From NCBI GenBank assembly GCA_020696345.1, contig JAEHCK010000003.1:10270-74269 (forward strand): a stretch of DNA of 64,000 bases, written 5' to 3'. This document shows positions 18,836 to 30,900 of the stretch, piece after piece. Numbering within the stretch: the first letter of the stretch is position 1; every line of letters starts with the position of its first letter. The notes beneath the pieces were generated by a model. It was not told where the DNA came from, did not search any database, and worked only from the letters and a program-made list of their open reading frames with translations. A program made the translations under genes and the position numbers. This stretch comes from Thermoplasmata archaeon. GTDB lineage: Archaea; Thermoplasmatota; Penumbrarchaeia; JAEHCK01.

Positions 18836-21800
18836 ATGGTTTTTAACGCTAATCTCAAAAATAAAGATAGAATAAAAACGAATAAGAGAGTCATTAGGAT
18901 TTTGATCGCAATTATGATGATAATAAGTACGCTAGCCATCATATCGTTAGTATCGTTCAATGCTTCGGCTACGGCGATTCTATCTATAGAGATAAACCCC
19001 TCTGATACTAGCTCGAAAACAATTTATCCGAATGGTCCATCGGTCACTTATCAGATCGATATTACAAATTATGGCCAGGGCGGAAACATCAATGTTACCA
19101 ATTCAACACCACCGACTGGCTGGACATGTTTCCTAGACCAAACACTGGTTTATTTGGATGGTACTGGTGGTTCTACAACAGTCACATTGACCGTGGACTG
19201 CCCAAACACTGCAACCTCGATTTCTAAAGAAGGGCAATACGCCCAGATCATTGTAACTGCAAATGAAGTTGGTGCAGGTCCGGAAAATGCCAAACAAATA
19301 ACGACAACAAGTACAATAGGACAGGAATATAGTCTTAGCCTGGTAAACAAAACTGGAGATCCGTATACCAAATCTCCTGACGAGTTCGGAAAAGCAGAGT
19401 TCGATCTAACCGTTAACAATACTGGAAATGGAAAAGAATATATTACTTGGCAAACAACTGATGCACCAGGCACCGTTGTGATAAGCCCGGGTTATGTCAA
19501 TGCTTTCACAGAAAAGGATTTCAATTTGCGAATAAGTAATATCCCTGAAGATATTACAAAAGGTATTCATTCTACAAAAGTTGTAGCACTTTCAGAAAAT
19601 ACAACCATTTCAGCTGAATTCAATGTTGAGGTATATGTAGAGGCAATATATGACCTTACATTGAATTTGAATGAAACAAAGGCGTATAAAGATGTATTAC
19701 CAGGAGAATCCAATACATTTAATTTTACAGTGACGAACGATGGTAATACCAAGGATAACATGAAAGTGACTACAGGATTTAAATCTGCGGCAGCAGGCTG
19801 GTCGCTATTACTGAATACGCAAAATGAATTTTCTATTAATCAGGATGAAACCAAAGGTATTCAAATTGAAGTAAGCGCCCCATCAAACCAGAGTTATCCA
19901 TTTACTGTGCCTATTTTTGTCAATTGTGGCTCAAAAAGTAACACCAGCATTTTTAAGAATACTACGGTAAATGCAAAAATAGAACAGATCAATAAAATAA
20001 AATTGGACATGCCATTGGTAAAGACGTTAGATATAGATACATTTACTGCCATCTTTCTAATGAATGTTTCGAATACCGGTAATGGTATGGACACTATTAA
20101 TTTCGATCCAATACCGTCTGAACTCTTTCCCGATGATGAGATATGGTCATATGATTTTATATATGATGACACATCTATTTCATCAATCACCATACCTTCA
20201 GACGAAAGTAGGGAAGTTCTTTTAAATTTCACCAGCCCGGAAAACCCGAAAAAGGGCAGTTTTCAGCTGTATATAAACGCGTCTTCAGATAACGACGAAT
20301 CTCAGAAAGTCTCCAAAAAAATTACGATCTCGGTCAAGGACAGGTTTAATATCGAACTGATTTCTATCAGCGGCACTCAACACTCAGCATATCCTGGAGA
20401 AACCATTCCCATACAAATCCAGGGTAAGAACATCGGTAATGTGGAGGGGACTTTTAATCTAAATATAAAAAAGCCCTTTAATGCAATTGAGTGGGAAACA
20501 CCTGTGTTTGAACCCCCAGTATTTTTAAGTATGTCTGTTGATGAGGTCAGACTTTCCTATTTGAACATAACAGTGGATAACGATGCTCAAAAAGGATTCT
20601 ATTTATTTATAGTAAATGCTACTCGGGGTAGTGGACAAGACCTGGAAATATATGACTCATTTGTATTGAATATTTCAGTCAAACGTAAATATGAAGTACA
20701 GTTATCAGTGGATGATCCGGTGTTAAACGCGGTTCCTGGAACCCCTGCAAGTTTTGAATTCACTATTCAAAATAAGGGCACGGGCAGTTGTAATGTGACC
20801 ATGGAAGCCACCATGGGCACTGAAGAGGCAACATGGTTGAATGTCAAGATCTCACCGTCGTCATTCGAACTGCCAACTGCATTGGCCAGTCAAACCGTTT
20901 GGGTAAATGTGACACCATCCGCGTCAAGTCCGTTGGCACCAATGAACCTTTCGGGTGTACAAGTTACTATAACCGCAGATATTACAGAAAAAATCGGTAC
21001 ACCAGATGCTTCAAAAGAAATTAACATTAAGATCAATCAAACATATAGTGTTGAAACCTACGCTGAAACTTTACACATTACTATAAATCCAGGAGAAACA
21101 ACAAATTTCAATGTTACTATTACTAACAAAGGTAACGGTCAGGATTCGTATGGTGTTTATGCCGCGGCAACTCGCTCGGGTTGGGTGGTCACGCCGACGA
21201 AACCAAATACTGAAAAATTAAACCAGGATGATGAAGAAAAGATAATGATCACATTTGAAGTACCAACAAATGAAGTTCCAATTTCTGATACTATCTCGGT
21301 AGAAGTGGTTTCACGGGGAGACGCAACAAAATCTATTATTGAAAATATAACTGTAAAAATCAATATAATCAAAGGCGTAAAACTAACCACTTTGAATAAC
21401 CGCAAAGCTTGTGCACCAGGTAAATTTGTTGTTTTCAATATCACCGTGGAAAATACAGGTACGGTAAATGACACATACAAACTAACCATTTCAGATGCGG
21501 AAAGCTTCATTGATATTCTGGATATGACCTCCGAGATCTATGTTGTAAAGGGTTCTCAAGATTGGGTTGATGTAAAAGTCAGCATTAACGGAAGTGATGT
21601 ATATAAACCATTACCATCTAATACGAATATCACTTTGGAAGCAACCTCGAAAACCAATATAGATATAACCTATGATTTTGTATTATCTCTTACCATCATT
21701 CCTGAAAGAGATGTTGACCTTTCAAGCACCGATCTGGAAAAAGAGGGCGAACCACAAGATATACTGACATTTAATTTTACGGTTACGAACACTGGCACGG

Positions 21801-24800
21801 ACAACGATCTATTCAAAATCAAAGTGATACCCGGTGGGTACTCGCAATATGCAACATTAAGTACCGATAAAACCAGAATGCTCGAATCTAATGAATTCGA
21901 ATATATAGAACTACAAGTTAAAATACCAAAAAGCGCGGCACCAACAGAGCCCACCACGGGAAGAAGCGTGATAGTATACGTATGGTCAGATGAGGACGAA
22001 ACGGCAAATGAGACCATCACTTTAATAACTCATGTCGAACAGGTCTTTAAACTTAAACTCACGACAGTTATTACCACCCAGACACTAGATCCCGGGGAAA
22101 ATACCACTTATCAGGTCAATGTAAAAAATGAAGGTACTGGTATAGATAATATTGAACTTGATTATCAAAAGACCCAACATCCGGAAAATATAAAATCCAT
22201 TTCCTTCAACAAATATTTCTTGACATTATTACCTGGTCAGACAGAATCTGTTATTGTCACCGTTGAGATTGTCAAAGAACCCGAGGAGGGAAAATTATTA
22301 CCAAAGATCGATATTACCGTAACCTCACTGAACGACACTACGGATACACCGGAAACAGATTCAAAAGAGATTCAGGTAGAGATCAATCCAACAGTGGACA
22401 TTGAACTTCAAGTGGACAAGATCAAAAAGGATATAGTACCGAACCTGAGCGGGACTAAGGCAGAAGTAGAGTATACTGTAACGGTCTGGAACCGTGGTCT
22501 AGGCAGTGATTCTTTTGATATCACGGAATATAACAACCACGGATATTTGGTGGAAATAAGCCCGACTACAACTAACAAGATAGACCCGGATCAATCAGCA
22601 GTTGTAACTGTGAAGATCAAAATCGATAACAAAGCATCAATGTCACTTTTAGACTATAACACTACGATAACAGTCACATCCAGGACAAATGATGAAAAAT
22701 CGGATATAATAACATTAAAGACCAAGATAAAACAGGCATATGGTGTAGAACTGCAAGTTCTGGATGATTCGGTGGAGACCGATGATATATTTGTGGGAAA
22801 TAACAGAATAGTGACTTTCTATGTGGATGTTCAGAATATCGGTACTGGTGATGATACATTCAAATTGGAATTGAGCGGTACAAAAGAAAGTTGGGCATCA
22901 CTAAGCAAGAGTTATTTGACCTTAGACTCCAAGGATAACCAAACCGTAACCGTGCGTGTCAAGATACCGCGAGAGAGTGCAATTGGAGATATTTCCATAG
23001 ATTTGAAGGCGATCTCGCGTGGTGATGATGATAAATACGATTCCAGTGATGCATTTGATGAAGATACATTAAAAGTTGAAGTAACCCAGTTCTTCGAAGT
23101 CTCATTAACCACACCAGAAACTTTAATATCAGGGTTGCCGGGTGATAATATTGATTTTACGGTAACCATAACCAATCGTGGTAATGGAGACGACAGCATT
23201 GAAGTGAGGAAGAAGTTATTCGACCCCGATTGGGTGTGGACGATCAGCCCGAGCAAGTTCTCACTTAAAGCCACCGGCGATGGGGATGGTGGCGATATCA
23301 AGGAGATAACCCTGTCCGTGGATATACCCACAGATAAACATGGAAAGAGTGGCTATTACAATATCTCCATATTTGTATATTCCGTTGATACGCCGGAAGG
23401 TCAAATGCTGCAAAATAATGGTGAACCATTGCTCTTCACGGTCAAGGTCGACCCCGAATACGAAGTGGATATGATCTTAGATTATCCGACAACATCAACC
23501 GAAGAGAAAGCCGACCCGGGTAGATCGATTGAATACCAGTTCACGATCAAAAATAAGGGAAATACAGTGGATACTTACACGATCACCGTTAGCGGCGCAA
23601 AATCGGGTTGGGTAAATCTGCCAACCAGATCATTAACCATACAACCATTCAAATCTACAAAATTAAATCTCACGGTTGACATTCCGGCTCTGGGTGATGT
23701 AGATGCGGATGAGATCGAAGCAGACAAATATACAATTACATTCAAGGTAACCTCCGAAGGCGACTCCGATGTTAAGGATGAACAAGATATTCAGCCAAGT
23801 GTGAACAAGAAATATGATATAGTGCTCGAGACTGACGAGTTACAACTCGATGCAAGTGATGCGGGATTGATAACGGTCGATCCTAACATCGAACCCGGTT
23901 ACGAGAGATTCACTCTAACCTTGAAAAATTATGGCAATACCAGGGATACGGTATCACTTTCCACGAGGTCTTCGGATTGGACAGTTAAATTCGATAATCA
24001 GATCTCCAAATCGGTAATTGTTGATCTGGATGCAACAGTATCAATTACCGTAGAGATCTCAGCGCCGGATGATGTGAGTAATGGCGAGACCGAAAAACTC
24101 ACCATCACCGCAAAGTCAGCAGACGGGAAGACCAAAGAGACATTTATTGTAAAGCCAACGATAGAGACCGCAGAGATCAAATTTGGAGAATTAACGATCA
24201 TAGGAGACAAAACGGCCGGTTCAAAAGTAACGGTTAAGCTGATCGTTAGGAATATTGGTGATGTCGACGCTGAAGATGTGGAAATTAAATTCTATGACAA
24301 GGACAAATCAAATGTAATACATACCGAGCTAATTGATAAAATTTCCAAGGAAGGTGAAGAAGTGGTACAATTCACATATGAGATCAAAGAAGGTGACCAT
24401 GATATAAAGGCAGAGAGTGAATGGTTAGGTGAAACCGTCAAACAAAACAATGTATTCTCTGCTGAAAAAGAGCTTCTATCACAAAATACACTTCTTATGA
24501 TCATGATCGTTGGCTTGGTAGTGGTATTTATCGTTGGTGTAATAATTGCTTCAATGTCATATTCACGAGGCATACCGCCGGACCTGAAAGAAGAGATAGC
24601 ATTGGCCAAACAGGCAAAACGCATGGGCAAATCGGAGGAAGAGATCCAGGATATGAGGCGGAAGAGAATGGGGAAAATGGGTGCGGACAAGAAAAAGCCG
24701 GGAATGGGAACGGCGTCTGGATTCGATAAAGAAGTCCCACTACTCCCACCAGGAGAAGAAGAGGAAAAAGAAGCCCCACGCAAAAAAGGCAAAGGTAAAG

Positions 24801-24913
24801 TAATGCGGATCAAGTGCCCAAAATGTGATAAGATACAAACAGTAACTTCTGCTAAACGGCCAATTGAATTTCCATGCACTAACTGCGGTATGAAACTGGT
24901 ATTGAAAAAATAA
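18836..24913 (+). CDS. Giant surface protein (2025 aa): signal peptide, many Ig-like (NEW3/CARDB-like) domains, TM helix, cytoplasmic Zn ribbon
   Basis: Recurring V/I-x-N-x-G-N/T-x-x-D motif about every 105-115 aa; C-terminal TM; CPKC...RP...CTNCG tail; GGAGG SD. Confidence 0.88.
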   Translation: MVFNANLKNKDRIKTNKRVIRILIAIMMIISTLAIISLVSFNASATAILSIEINPSDTSSKTIYPNGPSVTYQIDITNYGQGGNINVTNSTPPTGWTCFLDQTLVYLDGTGGSTTVTLTVDCPNTATSISKEGQYAQIIVTANEVGAGPENAKQITTTSTIGQEYSLSLVNKTGDPYTKSPDEFGKAEFDLTVNNTGNGKEYITWQTTDAPGTVVISPGYVNAFTEKDFNLRISNIPEDITKGIHSTKVVALSENTTISAEFNVEVYVEAIYDLTLNLNETKAYKDVLPGESNTFNFTVTNDGNTKDNMKVTTGFKSAAAGWSLLLNTQNEFSINQDETKGIQIEVSAPSNQSYPFTVPIFVNCGSKSNTSIFKNTTVNAKIEQINKIKLDMPLVKTLDIDTFTAIFLMNVSNTGNGMDTINFDPIPSELFPDDEIWSYDFIYDDTSISSITIPSDESREVLLNFTSPENPKKGSFQLYINASSDNDESQKVSKKITISVKDRFNIELISISGTQHSAYPGETIPIQIQGKNIGNVEGTFNLNIKKPFNAIEWETPVFEPPVFLSMSVDEVRLSYLNITVDNDAQKGFYLFIVNATRGSGQDLEIYDSFVLNISVKRKYEVQLSVDDPVLNAVPGTPASFEFTIQNKGTGSCNVTMEATMGTEEATWLNVKISPSSFELPTALASQTVWVNVTPSASSPLAPMNLSGVQVTITADITEKIGTPDASKEINIKINQTYSVETYAETLHITINPGETTNFNVTITNKGNGQDSYGVYAAATRSGWVVTPTKPNTEKLNQDDEEKIMITFEVPTNEVPISDTISVEVVSRGDATKSIIENITVKINIIKGVKLTTLNNRKACAPGKFVVFNITVENTGTVNDTYKLTISDAESFIDILDMTSEIYVVKGSQDWVDVKVSINGSDVYKPLPSNTNITLEATSKTNIDITYDFVLSLTIIPERDVDLSSTDLEKEGEPQDILTFNFTVTNTGTDNDLFKIKVIPGGYSQYATLSTDKTRMLESNEFEYIELQVKIPKSAAPTEPTTGRSVIVYVWSDEDETANETITLITHVEQVFKLKLTTVITTQTLDPGENTTYQVNVKNEGTGIDNIELDYQKTQHPENIKSISFNKYFLTLLPGQTESVIVTVEIVKEPEEGKLLPKIDITVTSLNDTTDTPETDSKEIQVEINPTVDIELQVDKIKKDIVPNLSGTKAEVEYTVTVWNRGLGSDSFDITEYNNHGYLVEISPTTTNKIDPDQSAVVTVKIKIDNKASMSLLDYNTTITVTSRTNDEKSDIITLKTKIKQAYGVELQVLDDSVETDDIFVGNNRIVTFYVDVQNIGTGDDTFKLELSGTKESWASLSKSYLTLDSKDNQTVTVRVKIPRESAIGDISIDLKAISRGDDDKYDSSDAFDEDTLKVEVTQFFEVSLTTPETLISGLPGDNIDFTVTITNRGNGDDSIEVRKKLFDPDWVWTISPSKFSLKATGDGDGGDIKEITLSVDIPTDKHGKSGYYNISIFVYSVDTPEGQMLQNNGEPLLFTVKVDPEYEVDMILDYPTTSTEEKADPGRSIEYQFTIKNKGNTVDTYTITVSGAKSGWVNLPTRSLTIQPFKSTKLNLTVDIPALGDVDADEIEADKYTITFKVTSEGDSDVKDEQDIQPSVNKKYDIVLETDELQLDASDAGLITVDPNIEPGYERFTLTLKNYGNTRDTVSLSTRSSDWTVKFDNQISKSVIVDLDATVSITVEISAPDDVSNGETEKLTITAKSADGKTKETFIVKPTIETAEIKFGELTIIGDKTAGSKVTVKLIVRNIGDVDAEDVEIKFYDKDKSNVIHTELIDKISKEGEEVVQFTYEIKEGDHDIKAESEWLGETVKQNNVFSAEKELLSQNTLLMIMIVGLVVVFIVGVIIASMSYSRGIPPDLKEEIALAKQAKRMGKSEEEIQDMRRKRMGKMGADKKKPGMGTASGFDKEVPLLPPGEEEEKEAPRKKGKGKVMRIKCPKCDKIQTVTSAKRPIEFPCTNCGMKLVLKK

Positions 24914-24993
24914 GATCGTATTCCCAAAAGATATATATTATAGAACAAGTATTTGAGGGAAAGAGAGAATTATTCCGTTCAGGAGGAAGATTA

Positions 24994-27900
24994 TTGACTT
25001 TTTATGGGCCTATTTTTCTTTCGAGTTCTTACAAATTTAGATCACGAAAAAATAACCGGGTTAGACGCAAATTATCCTCGTCATTGGTAATTATTTTACT
25101 ATTTTTTTCGATGATAACGCTGGTTCTACCAAGTTCAAATGTCGCCGCTCAGCGTGATGGGTTCGAATATTTCGTGCCAGTGCCGTATATACAAAGAATA
25201 GACGACGATATGGATGGTTACTTTGAAACTGCCAGGATCCATTATGACGTGGATACCAATGTGGCATATGCTGAGATCAAGGTTGTGTGCTCGGTATACG
25301 ATGACGAGACTGATCAATTAGTAAAAGAGATCTCGGAAACGTATACGATATTTTGGCGGGTGGAGGTCACGGATACGTATATTGATTACAAAACCAGCTA
25401 CTCAGGGACTTTCAATTTTACCTTGGCAGTGTACGATGTTATACACAATAAAAAAGAAAATGGAGGTAATGACTATCCTGTGGAAAATACTACATTAAAA
25501 GTAAACCCATATGGTTACCGCATTGTACCTGATGCCATCGGTTATGATGCAGATGCTGATGGGTATAACGACGACGTGAAGATCATTGTTCGAGATTCTT
25601 ATAATTATACACTTCAAGATGTAGAGATATACATTGACGGTGAATATAAAGGTAAGACCGCTCAAGATGGTACGTTTTTGAAATTCAATTACCCCCGCGG
25701 CGTCCACGAGGTTGATGCATTTTACCATGGCGAACACGGCAATACCGACTTCAAATCGGAGGGTACGGGACAGGAGCTCTCAATTTACGCAGATGCCGAT
25801 CCATTCGATGACGATGGAGATGGGTACATTGATGATGTATTAATTCGCGCCTACGCGTATAATTTCTACCCGCTGCCGAATGCGCAAGTCTACATCGACT
25901 ATTACTATTACGGCACAACTAACCAGGATGGTCTACTTTATGCTTATAATTTTGAGCGTGGATTCCATTATGTGGACATTTATATGCGCAACTTCTGGAC
26001 CAGCACGACCTTCTATGCTGAAGGGCTGAATCAATCGAATGTACAAGAATATTTTGCATGGGTTGAGGCAAGTGTAGTATCCCTGGACAATGGCAATCTC
26101 GCTAATGATATTGATATTTATCTTGATGTGGATGTAGAGGGTGGCAAGACATCAAATGTAACTGTTAATGCAACATTATTTTACGAAAATCGCACGGTTG
26201 CTGCGGAGAGTTCTACGAACTATACGGCTATCGGTTATGAGATCGAAGATGAACATATTTATTTCCATAATGTAACTGCAAATCTTACATATAACCTAAG
26301 GTGCGAGCTATTTGATGATTTTGGGAACTTGGAGGATGTGTGGTATATTTGGGATATTGTTATCCAGATATCGTATGGAATGGTCAATGTTGACAAATTC
26401 GTTTTTGACCTTGATGACGATAATCATCTCAATGATGTGATCTTCTGGGCGCATATTAAAGATGAAGGCTATACCGATGCAAACATCAAAGTGTATTGGG
26501 AAAGTAATAGTACCATGGCACACAATGTTAACACATCACTTGAAAGAGGTTATGCAGTTATAGAAAACATGCAATATTCAAATTATACCTGGGTAGCATA
26601 TGATGGGGATAGTATTGAGATCGACAACGGCACCTTTCGGCTATATGACCGCAACCCATTACGAACGGTTCAGATACGAGTGCAATTACACGACGCCGAT
26701 CGAGATAACTTCTATGATGACTTTAGTATCAGAGCATACGATGAACGAGATGTTCCAGATAATACTGTTTCAGTTATGATAATTGATGCTAAAAATAACC
26801 AGACCGTTGCCCTGGGATTCACATCAGCCCAGACCCCTGGCGGCCCGGGTAGATTTATGGTAGAGGACCTGCAGGAAGGATATTATAGATTTACCGCAAC
26901 TATTTTATTTGGCACATCAGAGTCTTATATCATAAGCACGGGATGGTTTTATTCATATGGTAACAGCACGGAATCAACACATAATTTGAACGCATTTGCA
27001 GTTGGTCTTGACCTGGATAGTGATGGCTATAAGAACGATGTGGAGATTACCATCACCGACCGTAACGGCCAGCCGGTTATGAATGCAATTGTTTATTTCG
27101 ATAATGATTATCAAAACAGCAAAACTACCGATCAAAATGGTATAACATATCGCACGAATTTCACTTTTGGCTGGCATGATGTAAATGTAGTCTTTTTGGG
27201 AATATCCTCGAGTGTCCCAACCGGTGCACAGGCGCACACCAGGTTCTTCTCTGAAGGTCTTAATTATGATGAATATTTCTTTTGGGTTAATTTTAGAACA
27301 ATAAACCTTGATAATGATGACCATTGGAATGATTTAGAAATTTTTATGGATGTGGATGTTGACGAGGATGTTACTGTTGAGGTTAGTGTCGAAGTTGAAA
27401 TCCATTATTCATCTAATGATACCCTATTTGCTCAAGAAATGATTGAATTTGAAATCTTTAGCGCAGTCGGGGAGAGTAATTATGTTTTCATTAATAATCT
27501 AACTTATAACGAATATTTTCATGCAAATTTGACATTGAAGGATAAAGATGGAAATATCGAAGATTATTGGAATAAATCAAAAATTCTTGTTATACCTATT
27601 ACTCCACTTGTAAATATTGATGTATTCTTAGATCAATATAATGACCAGAGTGTGACTACTAATTTCTTATCATTTAATGCCCATATACTAGACATGGGAA
27701 TAGAAAATATTACAATCAGAATTTATTATTTAAGTAATGACACGGAAGTAGCGGAGGTAACTACAAATATTTATGGAGATGCCTGGGTTGGCCAACAGTT
27801 GGAGGATGGTGACTATTATTATATAGCAACCAATAGCACTAATCATACAGCCGAGTATGGAGAAATCAATATTGGCAATCACTCAGCTAGTATTTATGAA

Positions 27901-30900
27901 CTTCTAAGGGACTGGGATAACGATAATTTCCATGATGATTTTTCATATACAGGAAAATATTATAATGTCACACCTATTGGGATAATCCAGGAACACATTA
28001 ACATAACTATCTCTATTTATGATTTACAAGATAATTTGCTGGATCAGGGAAATACTGAAACAGTTTGGCATTTTTATAGTTATAATTATACTGAAGGTTA
28101 TTATAAATTTATAGCTACTTACGAGAGCCAGCGAGTCACCAATGGTACATTTTATTCATATGGCAACGGTTTTAGTAACCGGGCACCCACGGCCATTATT
28201 TCAAAACCGGTTAATAACTCTGAATGGTTAACCACCGAATATATTAATTTCGACGGCTCAACAAGTTCTGACCCTGACTTGGACGTTATTGATTTTTATT
28301 GGACATCTAATATTTCTGGTCCACTTGCTTATAAAGCAACATCTACGCAGAAATTACCTGAAGGCATTCATAAGATCACATTATTTGTTGACGACGACCA
28401 TGGACATAATGTTACCGATTCGGTGACCATAAGAGTAAATTCTCCGGTAATAAACGTGACAAATCAACTGCCAACTGCAAATGCCGGACCTGACCAAGAC
28501 AATGTACCTGTAAATACCAAAGTGACACTTGACGGCTCAGGTTCCTCGGACCCGGATGGGTATATAACGGAGTATAATTGGACATTTGTGTCAGGACCAT
28601 CGACACCGGCACTTAATGATAGTACTTATGTAAAACCCACATTCACCCCAACCACCATAGGAACCTACAAGTGGGAGTTGGGTGTCAAGGATAACAATAG
28701 TGAATGGAGTGTTACTGAAGATGAAGTTATTATTGAAGTGATCGAGAATCAACTACCTATCGTGAATATATCGCTGCCTATTGACATGGCGAAATTCAAC
28801 ACTACCGACACAATCTTCTTCGAGAGCAACGGTACATACGACCCCGATGACGATACAAACGGCAACGGCACCATCGATGGCTCGGAGATAGATAATCTTA
28901 CCTATAGTTGGATTGCAGCGCAGGGTAATGCTACCCCGGTGGAAATCAGCACAAAAGCTTACTTCAATATTTCAGATGTCAATACTCTCCTGGGTACTGG
29001 TGCATTTATTATCAATCTTACGATCTTGGATACATTAGGCGCAAATGCAGGCACCGAGATAGAGATCAATATCTCAAATGTTCCACCGGTTGCGAATATC
29101 ACAACCCCCGAAGAGGGCGAGGTATTCAATAAATTCACACCAATTTATTTGGACGGCACTGCCTCCGAGGATGCGGATAACGATACAACCCAATTGTATT
29201 ATTATTGGCTCGTGGAAAAAGATGGTGTTACGAAATTCACATTTGCAAACACATCAAACCCGGTCATCCAAGAGGGCCTGGAGGAAGGCGATTATACGAT
29301 CACACTCTGGGTGGACGACAGTGTTGAAACCGACCTAGACCTGTTTGATAGAGTACATAATGTTTCTACAATCGTCAACATCTCGGTTGAGAACCGGGCG
29401 CCAGTGCCGAAGTTCAGCATGTATTACCCCGATGATGCCTACCCAAATACGATCAATCTTGGTGAATTAGCATTTTTCAATGCCTCCAAATCAAGTGACC
29501 CGGACGGCGAGCGTGATGAGGCGAACTTCACGTATGCCTGGGACTTCGGTGACGGTATGACCGGATCGGGTATGGTGGTGAATAACAGCTATTCCGGTGA
29601 CGGAGAATTTGATGTTCCCCTAACATACGTTGTCAATTTAACAATAAAAGATTCCGGGAGCGTGCACAATAAAACTGCTTGGACCAACTTGACCATCCGG
29701 ATCAATCGTATCCCGGAGGCGCGTGCGGGTGACGATATCGATGATGCGAGCGCTGGTGAAGATATCTTGCTTGATGGTTCGGGTTCATATGATGAGGATG
29801 GAGACATATTAGACTACCAATGGACATTTGATGAGGAGAATTCCGATAAAGATACGATTTGGAGCACCAGCCCTTATACGAATGTGACTTTTGATGATGC
29901 TGGTGATTATATCGTAATTTTAAATGTATCTGATGGCCTTGGCTGGGCACTTCAGTCGATCACAATTACGGTGACCAAAGCAAATTCAGCACCAATCTGT
30001 GTTGCAGGGGGAGATATCAAAGATGTCGAGATCGATGAAGCAATATTCTTCAGCGGTATCAATTGTTCCGACCTGGATACTGGTGATGTTCTGACATTTA
30101 CCTGGGATTTCGGCGACGACTCATTAACCAAAGAAGGGATCAATGTAACGCACATATATTCGGAGAATGGTGAATATACTGTAACCTTGAACGTAACTGA
30201 CGACCATGGTGCCTGGGCCAATGATACATTGATCGTGACCGTTCGCCCGCCGCCAGCAGTGATCGAGCTGCCATACGATGGCGAAACACTGGAGAAGATC
30301 GTATATATAACTGGAACGACCGGTGGAAATGATATCGACGCCGTGGAAGTACGGATAGGTAAATATGTAACTGAAAACAAAAATAGTTTTGTGGCCGGGC
30401 CATGGCGAATGGCCACACCAATCGATATCGATGACTGGTCAGAATGGAGCTTTGAATGGGACACTACAAAAGATGATGATGCGGAGTATATAATCTCGGT
30501 TCGGGTTACCACTACTTATGGATCTACTTCTCAAATGACCGAAATAGATGTAATCGTGGCAAACGGACCCGAAACAACCGAGCTGAAGGTCACAATAACA
30601 AATCCCGGAAATAGTCAGACCGTGAAAAAGACAGTAACTATCAGCGGCACCACAGAAGGCGACAATATCGTCAAAGTCGAAGTGCAAATAGGCAATGATC
30701 AGTGGGAGCTGGCAAATAACGATGGTGGTGACTGGTCGGCCTGGAGCTATGATTGGGACACAACAAAAGAGATTGATAATAGGAACTATCAGATCACGGT
30801 ACAGGTCACCGATGGTGACGGCAATTACAAAACCGAAATAATTACCGTAAAGGTCCTCAACGCGGCAGCAACCGAACCAGATGAAGATGAAGAAGCCGAA

